64,000 nucleotides of DNA, from NCBI GenBank assembly GCA_015680685.1, contig MNCI01003186.1:639068-703067 (forward strand), given 5' to 3'. Within the stretch, counting starts at the first letter, position 1, and the number at the start of each line of letters is the position of its first letter. This DNA comes from Gnetum montanum (Eukaryota; Plantae; Gnetophyta). Shown here piece by piece: positions 39,236-52,200 of the stretch. The translations under genes were made by a program, and so were the position numbers. A model generated the notes under the pieces. It ran no database searches, had not been told where the DNA came from, and saw only the letters and a program-made list of their open reading frames with translations.

Positions 39236-40945
39236 GGTAGAGCCTAGGTTGGCAAAATGGATCCTCAGGATCAACTATTGGCCAGATAGACCCTCAGGAC
39301 CAATTGTTGGCCATACAAACCGTTGAGACCAACGGTTGATCCAATAGACCCTCAAGAGAAATTATTCACCAAAGAGACCCTCAGCACTAAGTGTTGGCAA
39401 AATAGACCCTCAAGACCAGCTATAGCCCAAATGGACCCTCAGGACCAAATGTTGTCTAAATTGTCCCTCAAGACTAATTGTAGGCAAAATAGACCCTCAA
39501 GACCAAATGTTGCCCAAATGGATCCTCAAGACCAAAGGTTGATCCAATAGACCATTGGGACCAAGGGTTGCCTAAATAGACCCTTGGTACCAAGTGTTGG
39601 GCAAAAAAACCCTCAAGACTAAGTTTATAAGGGTGCAAGATAGTATGGTGGAGCTTGGGTTGGTAAAATAAGCCCTTGAGTCCAACTATTGGCAAAATAG
39701 ATCCTTGGGACCAAGGGTTGGCCCAACGGATCCTCCAAACAAAGTGTTGGGTAAATAGACCTTTAGGGTCGAGTTTTGGTCAAATGGACCCTCAAGATCA
39801 ACTATTCAACAAACAGGCCCTTAGCACTCAAGGTTGTTCTGACGGACCCTCAAAACCAAGTGTTTCCTAAATAGACACTTGAGACCAGCTGTAGGAAAAA
39901 TGGACCCTTGGGACCAAATGTTTCCCAAACAAATCCTCAAGACCAATGGTTAATCCAATGAACCCTCTAGACAAGTGTTGATCACATAAACCCTTGGAAC
40001 CAAATGTTGCCCAAACAAACCCTTGGGACCAAGGGTTGTAACCCAACAAATCCTCTAGACAAACTATTGGCCACATGGACCCTTTGGACCAAGGGTTGGC
40101 CCAATGGACCCTTAGGACCAACTGTTGGCCAAATGGACCCTCGAGGTTGACTGTAGGCAAAATGGACCCATGGGACCAAGGGTTGGCCCAAAGGATCCTT
40201 AGGATCAACCATTTTCCAAATAAACCCTCAAGATCAACCATAAGCAAAATAGATCATCAAGACCAACCAAGTGTTGGCCCCATGGTCCCCTGTGATAAAG
40301 GTTTGGTCCAACAAACACTCAAGACCAAGTGTTGGCCAAATGGACCAATGGTTGGCCTCATAGACCCTTAGGACCAATTTTATGCAAAATGGATCCTCGA
40401 GATCAACTATTGATGAAATGAAACCTTGGGATAAAATTTATAAGGATGCAAGATAATATGGTGAAGCCTGGGTTGGCAAAATGGACCATTAGGACCAACT
40501 ATTAACCAGATAGATCCTCAAGACCAATTGTTGGATAGATGAACCTTTAACATGAAGGGTTGGACCAATGGATCCTTAGGAGAAACTATTCACTAAATAG
40601 ACACTCGAAACCAAGGGATGGCCAAATAGACCCTCAGGACCCAAAGTGTTCACCAAATTGACCCTTGGGACCAACTATAGGCAAAATGGACCTTGGGAAC
40701 CAAGTGTTGGCAACATCGATCCCCAGGATTGAGTATTGCTGAAATGGATCCTTAGGACTAAGTGTTTGCCAAATAGACCCTCAAGATCAAATGTTGGAAA
40801 AATGGATCCTCAAGACCAGGGGTTGATCCAACAAACCCACTGGATAAAGGGTTGGCCACACAAACCCTCAAGACCAAATGTTGGCAAAAGGAATCCTCAA
40901 GATCAACTATAGGAAAAATAGATACTTGGGAGCTCAGGATCAACT
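39236..40945. repeat. Degenerate 29-bp tandem array (~ATGGACCCTYRGGACCAANTGTTGGCCAA) with higher-order structure
   Basis: 29-nt periodicity clear at 40074-40190; variant spacer unit ...TATGGTRRAGCCTRGGTTGG recurs at ~39233, ~39645 and ~40457. Confidence 0.9.
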
Positions 40946-43900
40946 AGAGAAGTCTATGTCATAGCTAGGTAGTTGATGGTAATGGTAGAACTGATCCAAC
41001 TTGAAATGCTTGAGTGTTGGAGGCTCATTTGGTATGGCTACTAATGGATTTTTGAGAAGCTCACAGTAGTGATCATGATGCTTGCGAGCATCTTCAAGCA
41101 TTTTCTTATACTGGATGCATCCAAAATTAAGTAGTTGACCTAAGAGCTTTGATGGCTTGATGGAAAAATATGTATACTTTAAGCTATTCTTGCTCTCAAA
41201 GTTTGGCCTTGGGGTAGGTTGCTTTATGACTACTAATGGTGCAGACTAGTTGGTTTCCATAGTGCTAGAGCTAGATGCCTTGTTGTTGGTTGGGACCTTG
41301 GGTGTCTTGGCCATTGGTTTTGCATTGTTCTACTTGACCTCATTGGTCACCATTGCAATAGTTATGGTTTCCTTACCCTTTTCATTATTCTTCTCTGCAT
41401 GCACATTTTTTTTGACCACATAGGTTAGGCCTTTACTGGCCTTTGCCACATCCTGAATGCTCTTCGTTTGGGTAAATTCTTGGCTTAGGGAGTGCAGGGC
41501 AAGGTAGTACAACTTTTACTTGATGAATTCATTCACTACACCTTTGAAGATGGTTAATAGGTGGGTTATCACAATGGGCTCATGAATTTCATTAAGTGCA
41601 ATGCTTCAACACTAGATGAATTTTTGCATAGGCTTTAAGTCTCCTTTCTTGATTTGCATTAGTTGATCCATGGTCATCTTGGGCTTCAAACTATACTTGA
41701 TGTGAGTAATGAGTTGACTAAGAAATTCCTCCAAGGAAGATATGGAGACCATAGGAGTGTGTCATACTAGTCTAGTACCTTGTTGATCAGGGACATGGAA
41801 AATGCATGGATGATTGCATGCGGTCTTGCCTACAATAGAAGGCATTCAAAATAGAAGGTCACTAGATGGGTGTTAGGATCTCCTTCACCATTATATTTAG
41901 TGAACAAGGAAATTTGGACTCCAGGAGTTAGGGTCAATGATGTGACCATAGGACTGACTCGTTCATCTTGGTAAAAGTCCATCACGTGGACCATTTTGAA
42001 GGAGGTGGCTTTGAGTTACTTAACCTTCTTGATGAATTTCTAAATGAGCTGGAAAGCTTGGTCCAAGCTTGGGGTGGGCATAGTGGGCTACACTGGTTGT
42101 GTTACCTACTATGTTACTTGAGTGGCCCATTGCCCCATTGTGGGCTACGTGACCACGTGAGATGCCTACTGCATATGCTGTTGCACATACTATTATGTAG
42201 GTTGTGCCATGGGCATAGAGGCTAGGCCCTACCACATAGTCATGGCTTGTGCCATTGTAGGGGGTGCCAATGGGATAGGAAAAATGTATGATGCCTAAGC
42301 CACTAGCAACTAGGATATTTTCATAGTGTGCATGTAAGGTTGCATCGACATGATGGATGCCACTATGAAGGATTGCACAGACCATGTGAACATCGTGAAG
42401 TGGAGGGTGGAAAATGGTCCTACATCCTAATGCGTGTGATGTACAAAGGTTGGAGTGACAGATGGTCTTATAGCCTGCTATGCATACACTTGATGACGTA
42501 CCATCACAACGATTAACCTAGGAGGTGACAAAGGAAATGTAACCACTTGACAAAAGGCAGATGGTTGGGATTGTGGAGGGATGAAAGTAGAGGTAGCCTA
42601 CTAGAAGGAGGTGTAAAAGGGATTCTCATTCTCGAAACAAGCCTTAAACTCATCTTGCCCATCCTACAGGGCCTCCTTGTAGTCAGTTGCCACATCATGC
42701 TCATTTGACCCACTTAGTCAAAAGAGTTGGTTGAGCAGCCATCAAAAGGTCTCAGTGGTTAGAATGAAATTTTTTAGGGTAGGGAAGTACTCCCTCCCAT
42801 TCTGATATATGGTTTCGTAACCTTGTTTGGCATTCATTTTGTGGTAGTCTAAGGATTGGTCCACTTGGACCTTTGTGAAAAGGAAGTTATATTTTTCATC
42901 ATCAAGTACCATGTACCCAAGAGGTCGATTGTGTATACTGAGCGATTGCCTCTCCACTAACGTAGACCCTCTGACCTTAGGAAGATCAATTGTGATCTCC
43001 TGCTGAATAGGTCAATCAACAACTACACTTAGGATAGAGGTCAAGGGCTACTCATAATTCATGATGCTACATTGAAAAAGTAAACATTACAAATGCTAAA
43101 TAAAATCAACTACGCATAGAAATGCTAAAAAACAGGCTAAGTGTAAGAAGATGCTAAAAAATACTAAAAATGGTTGAGTCTAAAAATGCTTCTAAAAAAA
43201 TAACTCTAGTGTGCTACACTCACTACATTGAGGCTTGCTATGCTATACACTAAGAGCCATCTATGCTCCCCCTAGCACATAGAGTTTTGGTTAAGAGCCA
43301 AAGATACACTTTGGCTTTTGTCCAATGGGGTTCTAAGGGAATCGATAACTGGGTTCAATCTACACCAATTTACTTGTAGACAACTCTTGCACTAGCCTAT
43401 GATCCAACTACTACTATGGTAGGTCCATAAGGGTGTTAAGTCTACGCGAGCCCAAAGCTAGTAACAAAGGTGCAGAGAACACATGGGACTACCACTAAAT
43501 GTAAAAGGAAATGGCATGGGCTTCCTTGTAGCACTAGAAAACTATAGTGACCGAAAATATTAATGGCCAGAATAGTCATGTGAAGGAGTCCATAGCCATG
43601 GTACAACCCTAACCCCACCCCCATCTAAAGGGTCATCACTTGAGGGGAAAAATGAAGGCAAAGTGCACAAGATGGTCTTGTTGATCGAACCATGACTTAT
43701 AGAGCATTTCAAAGAACAAGTGTTAGGGGTTCACATCATGTTTTCAGTGGTACTAGGGCCAACTAAGCCTGAGCATAGTAGGGTTTCCTAGTATGAAACT
43801 GATAATGCAAATGTACAAATACATGCAAAATAGTAAAAGAAATGTGAGTGTGATGCTAAATGCCAAAGAAAAAGCTTAAAAATGCAAAGGAGTTTGATAG

Positions 43901-45210
43901 ACAAAGAATGGCATCACCCCAAATTGGGGGAGCATAGTAATTGAAAAAGAGAGATGAGGAGGTATGTAGTATACAAATGAGCATACTAGGTAATGCAATC
44001 ACAGTCTCTGGGGTGTCTAGGCTATGAAAATATTCATTTTTTGTGAGGTCTGTGCCTACTGGTTTAGCTACCATGGTTGCTCATGTTGGCTATGTTGTGC
44101 AAAGATGTCCCAAAATTTTGCTAGAATGCTAAGGATGTTCAAGTGCAATACTGCCAATGCTAAGATGCTAACTATTGAGTAAAACTGCCAACCAAAATGC
44201 TTCAAAATGCTAATCCCTAAAATGTAAAATTTAGGGGTATTTATAGGATTAGGGTTGATGTAAAGTGTGGATTAGGCATCACATGGTAAAAGGGGTTGGT
44301 GAGGCTACGTTAACCTTAGTTATGGTCCCATTTGAGCAATTGGTGCTATACTCTAGTGTGCTCCAGTGGACCCCAAGAGACTACTAGAATGTGAGTACAC
44401 TACGAAGACTACATATTCCAAAGTTAAAAAGACCACAATGTACTACAATAGTGCAAAATAGTGTAATTTGGAGGCTATACTTTAACACTATGCTCTCCCC
44501 TCTCTTGAGTGGAGTTGAGCATAGGTACAATTTTGGGAGTAATGGTATATGAAAAAGAAATGCAAGTCATTGATCCTGCTTGCTGAAGGAGTGCTAGAGC
44601 TTACATGAAGGTCTATGCTCAGCTCTAAAAAATTTTTGAGGATATCTTTCATTGCTATGCTAGCTACACTCTGGAGCATAATCCAATAGTTAGGCGAATT
44701 TTGCAAAATTAAAGTCCAATGCTGGCTACACTAGCTATGCTCTAGAGCATAGTAGGAAGAGTGAGAGTGTAGCACTGACACTTAGAAGAAATGGGTAAAA
44801 ATTGCAGTCTTCATCTAGGCTATGGTGGCTATGCTCTGAAGCGTAGTAGGAGGGGTAGCCTTAAAAGTTAAAAAATTTTCCAAAATGCTCCCTCCATGCT
44901 AGGCTAGCTTGACAACTTCTGGCTTGACACTTTGGCAAAACTAGCCACTAAAGTGCATGCTACACTAACTACACTCTGGAGTGTAGCAAGGATAATGAGA
45001 GCATAACACAACACTTAGAAAAATTTTACAATTTTTGTCAACACTTAGAAATCTTGCAATTCTAGTTCTATGTTGCATGCTATATTTACTACACTCTGGA
45101 GCATAGTCCCAATAGTGGAAGCATGGGCCAAAAACTTAGAAAATTTTCCTCATGTTGACTTGGACAAATATACCGTTAAAGTGCAATTGCCCAAATTTGG
45201 TGGTGTTTCA
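40946..45210 (-). mobile_element. Element E: truncated Tat-like element related to B (5' LTR 43543-45210, PBS ~43519-43536, gag ~40950-42960)
   Basis: gag homologous to B (FTKYNGEGDP, YYLALHSLSQ...TKSIQD). LTR ends GTGTTTCA like B. PBS/LTR junction CTTCCTTGTAGCACTAGAAAAC-TATAG mirrors that of B. Confidence 0.8.
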
Positions 45211-45863
45211 ATTAGAATATTTTCTAAGTGCCTGTAGTAGGAGTCAAGGATTGTACACATCCTTATTCAAGCACTAATGTACCTAGACACATTAATGTGA
45301 TAACAATAAAGACAAGATTCTTGAAATACCTTGCAACACTTGGAAATAGCTTAATGTTTACTTTTATGCACTTTACTATTTATGCACTTTTACTTCATGT
45401 TCTTAGTTAAATAAATAATTAATGGGCTTAATTAAGACATGTAAGTATGACTACCTTCAGCATAACGTTAACGCTTGGTAATCCCAGCAATGTTATCACT
45501 TGGTAACCCAGTAGCATTATAACAAGTTTAGGATGTGTAGGGAAGGTGGGACCCAATTCTTATGTTAAGAAATATACTAAGGCACTAGATAGTTACTTAG
45601 ATTAGTTTCCAATTTATTACCTTATTTCATCCTTAGGAAAATTAGATAAAAAATATAAACCTAATGCAAATCATGTATCTTGGCTCCGCTTAACCATATT
45701 CTTGCACTTACACAAGTGTAGCCAAGAAAACAATGATCACATCTATATATCATTGTCTTTGCTATCGGCATTTGGAAAACTAAAGTCCATGGAATTTGAC
45801 TGGATCACTAGTGAATTCTTGTGATTCATATGGTTAGGTGTAGGGACTACTTGCCGCTCATCA
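45211..45863 (+). repeat. LTR F (A-family related), 3' part; left part displaced by element E
   Basis: Similar to the A LTR from TTAGAATA onward; ends GCCGCTCATCA. Confidence 0.75.
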
Positions 45864-46745
45864 TACTTGAAGAAAAATTACTGAGATCGATGAAAAATAA
45901 GCTAGAACAACTTCATCAATCAATATGCCATGCCTTCTACAATATCCAGAAAAATCACAAGTGTATGCACAACCATTTGAAGAGCATCTCTACATGAAAC
46001 ATCCTAATGAGCCAGGCCTCCTCAAGCCAAAACTACATGAGATAGCATTACACAAGCATTACCAAATACTATATAAAAAAACCATAACCCATGCTAACAC
46101 AAAATTAAAAAAAATAAAAGAGATGTGCAACTAAGACTCTAACATAATAATAGGATGCCTCTTCAATAGCAACAAATCCAAGAAATATCATTATATCTCA
46201 AGAACAGAGCAATCCTTTTTTAGATGTCCAATCTCATGATAGTGCTACCATCCTGGTCTCTTTTCCTTTTCATTTTTTTTATCCATCAATGAGAATAGAA
46301 ACAAGACATTTTTATCATCTTGTAAACATAGCTCCCACTAAAATAATTTGCATAGAAACAAAACAAAATAATAAGTAAATAATCCACCCTGTTATACCTT
46401 GTGTTCCACTAATAACAAAAATTTCATAACTTAACCTTGCTCAACCATGCTCAACCTTGCTCTCATACCACTTGTTACTAGTTACATGTTGTGCAAAAAT
46501 CATTATTCAAAATATTATCAGCACAATAAAAATATAAAAAGGGGGAAATAAAACTTGCAAAATGGAGTGAGAGAGAAACAGGGAAGATAGAGAGGAAAGT
46601 AACTTTTCAAGTTTTTACAACATATTTAAGATCACAAGTCACTTGTTTCCACACAAGTGACCACACACTCTCAACTCACTCACCATAACCAACCCAAGAC
46701 AAATTTAAATAGGCACATGCAAGGTTACAATAATGAAAACAATCA
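45864..46745 (-). mobile_element. Highly deleted LTR element remnant, probably Ty1/copia (tRNA-Met PBS 46458-46469, LTR from 46472)
   Basis: Minus strand TGGTATGAGAGC lies next to an LTR-like end (TGTTAC on +); remnants GHLKKDC (zinc knuckle) and FSGYCRRHGI (integrase-like). Confidence 0.5.
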
Positions 46746-46763
46746 AGAATATGCGTCTTCGCT

Positions 46764-47152
46764 TTTTAAGATATCTTTTAACTATTTTTTTCATATTTTA
46801 AAAAAATCTAAAATAGATAAAAGTGAAGTTCAACACCAATTAATTACTATAGATTTTGTTTTCTCATCTCTAACATTTATCACACCATATCATCAGAAAA
46901 TTGTGCATTTTTGAACTTAGCTAAAATTGCAATGATATTCGGGAAAACTGAATTTAGCTCAATAGATTTTTAAAGTTTTGATAAAATATAGAGCCGGGCA
47001 GGCCTTTCAAGATTCTTTCATACTTTCATGCTACAAAAATTTTGGTTGTACCATTTCGATGGAAGAGTTTAACATCTAGAGAGAAATTGAAATCGTGGAA
47101 AGGTACTTATATCATTGATGTAAAATTCTTAGAGGTGAATGTATTCAACTAT
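46764..47152 (+). repeat. 389-bp host duplication, left copy (flanks the viral insert)
   Basis: Near-identical to 54623-55011 (about 11 substitutions by eye). Confidence 0.95.
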
Positions 47153-47154
47153 AG

Positions 47155-48437
47155 TTTTTAGGAGTACAGTTAAAAGATGGAAAAATACACATGCAACCAC
47201 ATGTGTTACAAAAAATTAGTCAGTTTCCAGCTGAATTAGAAAATAAGGATCAGTGTTTGAGATTCCTTGGTTGTGTAAATTATGTATCCAGACATATTGA
47301 AAAATTTAGTGAAAAAACAAATGAAATCAGATGGTGTAAAAACCAGGTACCTTTCAAATGGACGCATAAGGCATCCTCCCAGGTAAAATAGCTAAAGAAA
47401 GAATGTCAGAATCTACCGCCATTAAATCCTATTCTAAAAGGTCCATTTGTTCTAAATACCGATGCAAGTTATGATGCATGAGCTGCTGTCTTATTACAGA
47501 AAAGATCAAATCAGGAAGAAATATGTGCATATGCTTCGGGTACATTCCAAAAGAATTCATTAAACTATTGGCCAGCAGAAAAGGAAATTTTAGCTGCCAT
47601 AAAAGGATTGGAAAAATTTCATATTTATTTAGTTGAAGATCCATTTATTCTGAGAACTGATTCATCCAATTTAGCTACCTTATTGAAGCGAAAGATTTCA
47701 CCTTCACCAAGTTACAAAGATTTGCTTGGTGGGAATTCTTATTAGCTCAGTATAAATTTTCTATTGAAAGGATTCCAGGACCAGTAAATTTCCTACCTGA
47801 TGCCCTAACTAGAGAATTAAAACCCAAAATCAAAATGATGAAATCTACTCAAGAAGAAAGCAGTTCTTCATAGAATCCCTTGCAAGATATTGAAGAATGG
47901 AAATCATGGCCTATAGCTACGCTTGAAGAACGGGTAAAATGGTGTAGACTCATTATTCAGTTTTTTCCTAGAGAATCTACCCTAAGTGCAACTAAGAATT
48001 ATCCTACAGTGGATTTCTTTATAAACATGGCTGGAAGAATTGACTATTTAGTCAATAATCTCAGATGGAGTCGACTTGAGCCTAATCTCATGAATCATCT
48101 TCGACATCAAGAGGTTTTGGATAATATTCTGCTTACTCACCGATCACTATTCGCCAATGAAAATGCCAGAAGTTATTTTAATCTGCTCCTAGAAACCAAT
48201 CTATGGGAAAGAAAGCTTTGTTTATCATTTCAAAGGATTAATTTCTTTGATGCTATCTCATGGTATGAAGACGAGCAATTGGTTCCCAAACCAGTTCTCC
48301 CGCCAGAAGAAGTGACGTCATCACCAGCATCAGTTCTGTCCGAATTATCAAAGCTGATCAAGGAGTGTCCAGATTGTGCTAAAACATGTGGCAAAATCTA
48401 CGGTGTCCACAAGGCAATTCTGAAGGCCATCCATTAA
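47155..48437 (+). pseudogene. Viral polyprotein 3' part: RT end, RNase H and a ~205-aa C-terminal extension
   Basis: FLGV...RFLGCVNY, LNTDAS, EKEILA, LRTD and NFLPDALTRE, then the same frame continues (one stop) to ...CPDCAKTC...IH*; one frameshift near 47716. Confidence 0.88.
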
Positions 48438-48559
48438 GATAAAGACGAATATATGCTATAGAATATATGCTCCAGAATATTTGATTCGGATAAGGTCGAA
48501 TTTATTCCCTCCGGATAAGTTCAAATATATTCCTTTTGTCCTGTTGTAAGCCTCACAGC

Positions 48560-48566
48560 TATAAAA
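48560..48566 (+). promoter_or_regulatory. Viral pregenomic promoter TATA box
   Basis: CTATAAAATA ~120 bp after the polyprotein stop, preceded by repeated GAATATATGCT and CGGATAAG motifs. Confidence 0.65.
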
Positions 48567-48702
48567 TAAGAGGCATCCCATTCCCCAGACGTATGAACAA
48601 GACATGAAGTAGTCTGCAAATAGCAAGTAGCAAGTCTGTTCTTCTTCTGCTTCTTCTCCTTCCTATGCGTCTGTAAATGAGTCAGTAAATCAGTCAGTCA
48701 GT

Positions 48703-48798
48703 ATGGGTAACTGCGACGATGATCATCTCAGATCTATTGTAATGATTATTGGTCTTGCTGTAGTACTACTCTGCTATATTTCTACTGTTGTTATCTAG
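48703..48798 (+). CDS. 31-aa leader sORF MGNCDDDHLRSIVMIIGLAVVLLCYISTVVI (putative membrane micro-protein)
   Basis: Intact ATG to TAG in the viral leader; ~20-aa hydrophobic C-terminal stretch. Confidence 0.35.
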   Translation: MGNCDDDHLRSIVMIIGLAVVLLCYISTVVI

Positions 48799-49234
48799 CT
48801 TTATGAACATTTTTCTCCGCTATTTCGTCACTCCGCTTAAATATTCCGTTGTACCATTGTAAGACTCCTTATTTGCTGTCTGTGTTGTTTTCTGTGAGTC
48901 CCTCGATGTTCACAAAATTTGTCTCTTAGTTAGGTGTACCCACCAGGTGAACCAGAGATAAGAAATGGTGACCTCTGAATGCTGAAAGGCTTGGCTGGGA
49001 AGTGATTGTGTCCATACGCATAGAGATTCCATCCTAAGAAGCACCCAGGGAGTGCGTGATTGTTGACGTTGAGTCGTTGCGTTGCCACAGCATGGATTTG
49101 CTATGGCCAGCCAAGGGTTCCAACACCGCAGAACGATCCACTTTCTTAGAGTTTGATTCACCCACTAGGTTCCATCAAAACCTTAGACAAGCTCTACGAA
49201 TGCTTACGGTTACTCGAGAGACCACACCCGCAAA

Positions 49235-49247
49235 TGGTATCGGAGCC
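49235..49247 (+). promoter_or_regulatory. Viral minus-strand primer-binding site (tRNA-Met initiator)
   Basis: TGGTATCGGAGCC versus canonical TGGTATCAGAGC; coincides with the inversion junction. Confidence 0.85.
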
Positions 49248-52200
49248 TTATTCAGTAAATGCTGAACATGTTCTTGGATATTTTCAGAAAATATCAAGAA
49301 ATCATCTATATAATTTGCAATAAATGATTGATGTTTACCAAATATGGCATCCATCCTTGCTTGGAATTGAGACAGAGCATTCTTAAGTCCGAAGGGCATT
49401 ACCTTCCATTCGAAAAATCCTTGAGGAGTGCTAAAAGCCGTTTTGTGCCTATCTTCATCAGCAATCTTAACTTGATGATATCCTGACTTACAATGAAATT
49501 TACTAAAAATAGATTTAGCAGCTACCTTTTGAATAAGGAATTATTTGTTCGGTAGAGGCCATTTGATATCTACTATGACAGCATTCAAGGGAATATAATT
49601 GATTACCATTCTGGCTTTTCCTCTTTTGAGTTCGGCGTGATTTCTGACTATAAAGCTTGAACGACAATAATTAGACTGAGATGGTTGTATCAAACCTTTT
49701 TTCAGAAATTCTTCAATCTACTTACCAATTTCCTCTGCATCCATAGGATTTAGTAGAATAGGCTTGCTTTGTACAGGAATATTATGAACTGTAGGAATAT
49801 AAGCTACAGGACTATCTTTACCCCAAAATTCTAATGGGTGATCATAGTAGCATTCTTGTAAAACATTAAAACAGGGAACTAGATGTCGTTCCTCAGTTGT
49901 AAGGTTGATTTGTGCCTTTTTTAGGTGTTGGATTGTTTTGTATTTGGCACTAGCAATTTCTTCCATTTCCTTTTGAGAAATTACTGTAGAGATACTAGGA
50001 TTTGAGTTGAATTATTTAACCTGTTGATGCTTGTTTTTGTGTAAAGCAGCTGGGATTCTTCCAATAATTATTTTTGGCCTTGGATCTTGTACTGGAGATG
50101 AAAAAACTATCATTTCTTGTCCAACTTTATAAGGACCAAGACTATCCATAAAATATGCTCCTAAACCAATGTCAAATTCACTATCCGAAACTTGCACAAA
50201 ATTAGTTGTTCCCACATATTTATCATTGAGTGAGATGGGAATATCAAAAGAAAAACATGATAGTGTCCTAATTCCATTCATGGTATTTATCTTAACTGGA
50301 TTAGGATTTTCTTTCCAATTTTCAAGCACGTCTTTATGGCAAAAATTTAAAGTAGCGCCAGTATCTATAAAAGCTTGATATTTTTTCCATTTTTGAGTGC
50401 CATCAACTGCTATTTTGATAGGAATTAATAGCACACTTTGTATTGCCAATAAATGCTTGATTTGATATACTAAGGTTGAATCCTTTTTGCATGGTTTTAA
50501 CTTAGCCATTTTAACTTCTTTTCGAACTGGAAAGTTCTTATCATAAGGAGTAATAAGAAACTTTGGTACCTTTTGGATTATCTTTGGAGGGAGCTCTTCA
50601 TCGGATGAAGACTCAGGTTCAGTACCAGCTCTTGGAAGAATTTCTTTGCAACCATATCTACTAGATACACTTGGATCTTTATCAGCATCTTCAGCATCCC
50701 ATTTGTGATTTTCTTGAGATAGTTCAAAGACATTATCCATTTCTTCAATCCATTTTTTCATATCATCCCAATCATTTTCGTCAATTGGTTCTAACCTGTC
50801 ATTAGTGTTTAAAGAAACACTTTCTAACCATTCATCATCAGACATTCAAAGATCAACAATACCTCGCATCATCTTCATGTTAGCTTCTGCTTCTGATACG
50901 GTACTATAACTTGATGGGTTGGATTCAGATGAGGTGGATTCCACTTCAACTAGAAAATAGTCATCAGAACAATTTTCTGGATCTTCCACTGGTTCTAACT
51001 CAGGATTAGATTCAAAAACTGCTTTTACTTGGGAATGACTTTCAGATCGATTATCTGGACAATCAAAAGCATAATGTCCTTGCCTTTTGCAATTGTAACA
51101 ACTTACAGATTTCTTTTTGCCGGAAAATTTGCGTTTTCTAGCAAAGAATCTTCTTTTGAATTTTCTTCTTGGAACTTGAATGTGAGGTGGAGGCCTTCAT
51201 GTTCTTCTTTGGAAGAGAGACCATCGTGGGTGAACACCTTGTCTTCTTTTGCTTGGAGCTCTTGGCGGAGGACCAAAGGAATCAATGCCATCAAGATTAT
51301 AACAAACTTCTGCACTAGGAAGTAGCTTTTGTAGAGATACATTGTAACAGGAAAACTGTAATTCCTATCTGACCATATGGACAATATCAGTAAAATATGT
51401 TAAACCAATATCGATGTCCTTTTCCAAAGCTTTATAAAGCACCATTTGGCCTAGTTTTGCAGGTAGGCTTCCAAGATATAAATAATTAATCATCTGATCT
51501 CTATGTAAAGCTAGTCTATATACTTCATTTCCATACTCAGCACTAAATTGCTCAAAATATCTTATATCTGTCAACTTTCTCTGACTTAATAATAACTTAT
51601 CTTTAAATCTTAATTTTGATGAGAGATCAACAGTAAATTCAGTAACTAATGTTACAAATACACCATGCAGACCTGTTTGAATCACTTGTTCTTGTTGTTC
51701 TGTAGTAGCACTTTCCCACTAATGCCTAATTTTACCAGTAGCTCTGGTAAATGCACCGATGATGACTGTTCTTTCATCGATTCCTAGAATATGCATTGCG
51801 AACCTTAACTGATCTATCCATAACCTTAAAGCATGTAGGACTTCTTTTGAAGGTAGATAGTCAATGTCAATAACTGGAATTGATGCATTAGGCCATTGTT
51901 GAAAGGCGGTGAAAGCTGGAGGTGGTTGTGTAGGAGGTCTTTGCCATGGTCTTGTGGGCTGTCTTCGTGCCATCATGATTCTTTGACACTCTGAGGCTCT
52001 TGATTCTTTGTCTTCAGGAGGTGCTGATGGAGCTGGTGTTTGAGGTTGATTTCCTTTCTTTTCAGCCATGAGCTTTTTTATTTTGTCTAGGAGAATTTTA
52101 TCTCGAACATCAACTTGCACTGTTGTTTTTGCTGGTTCTATTTTTGGAACTTCCTTTTCTGGAGAAGGCAATCGTAACTAATTTTCTAAAGTGAAAATCT

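Noticed and set aside
39323-40371. Repetitive ORFs (MDPQDQ...)
   Set aside because: Translation artefacts of the 29-bp array; frames shift with each unit.
50012-50845. Separate AP-RT ORF starting at a TGA-ATG junction
   Set aside because: The TGA is in frame with CP and is most simply a CGA>TGA mutation like the other stops; a consensus would be needed to exclude it fully.
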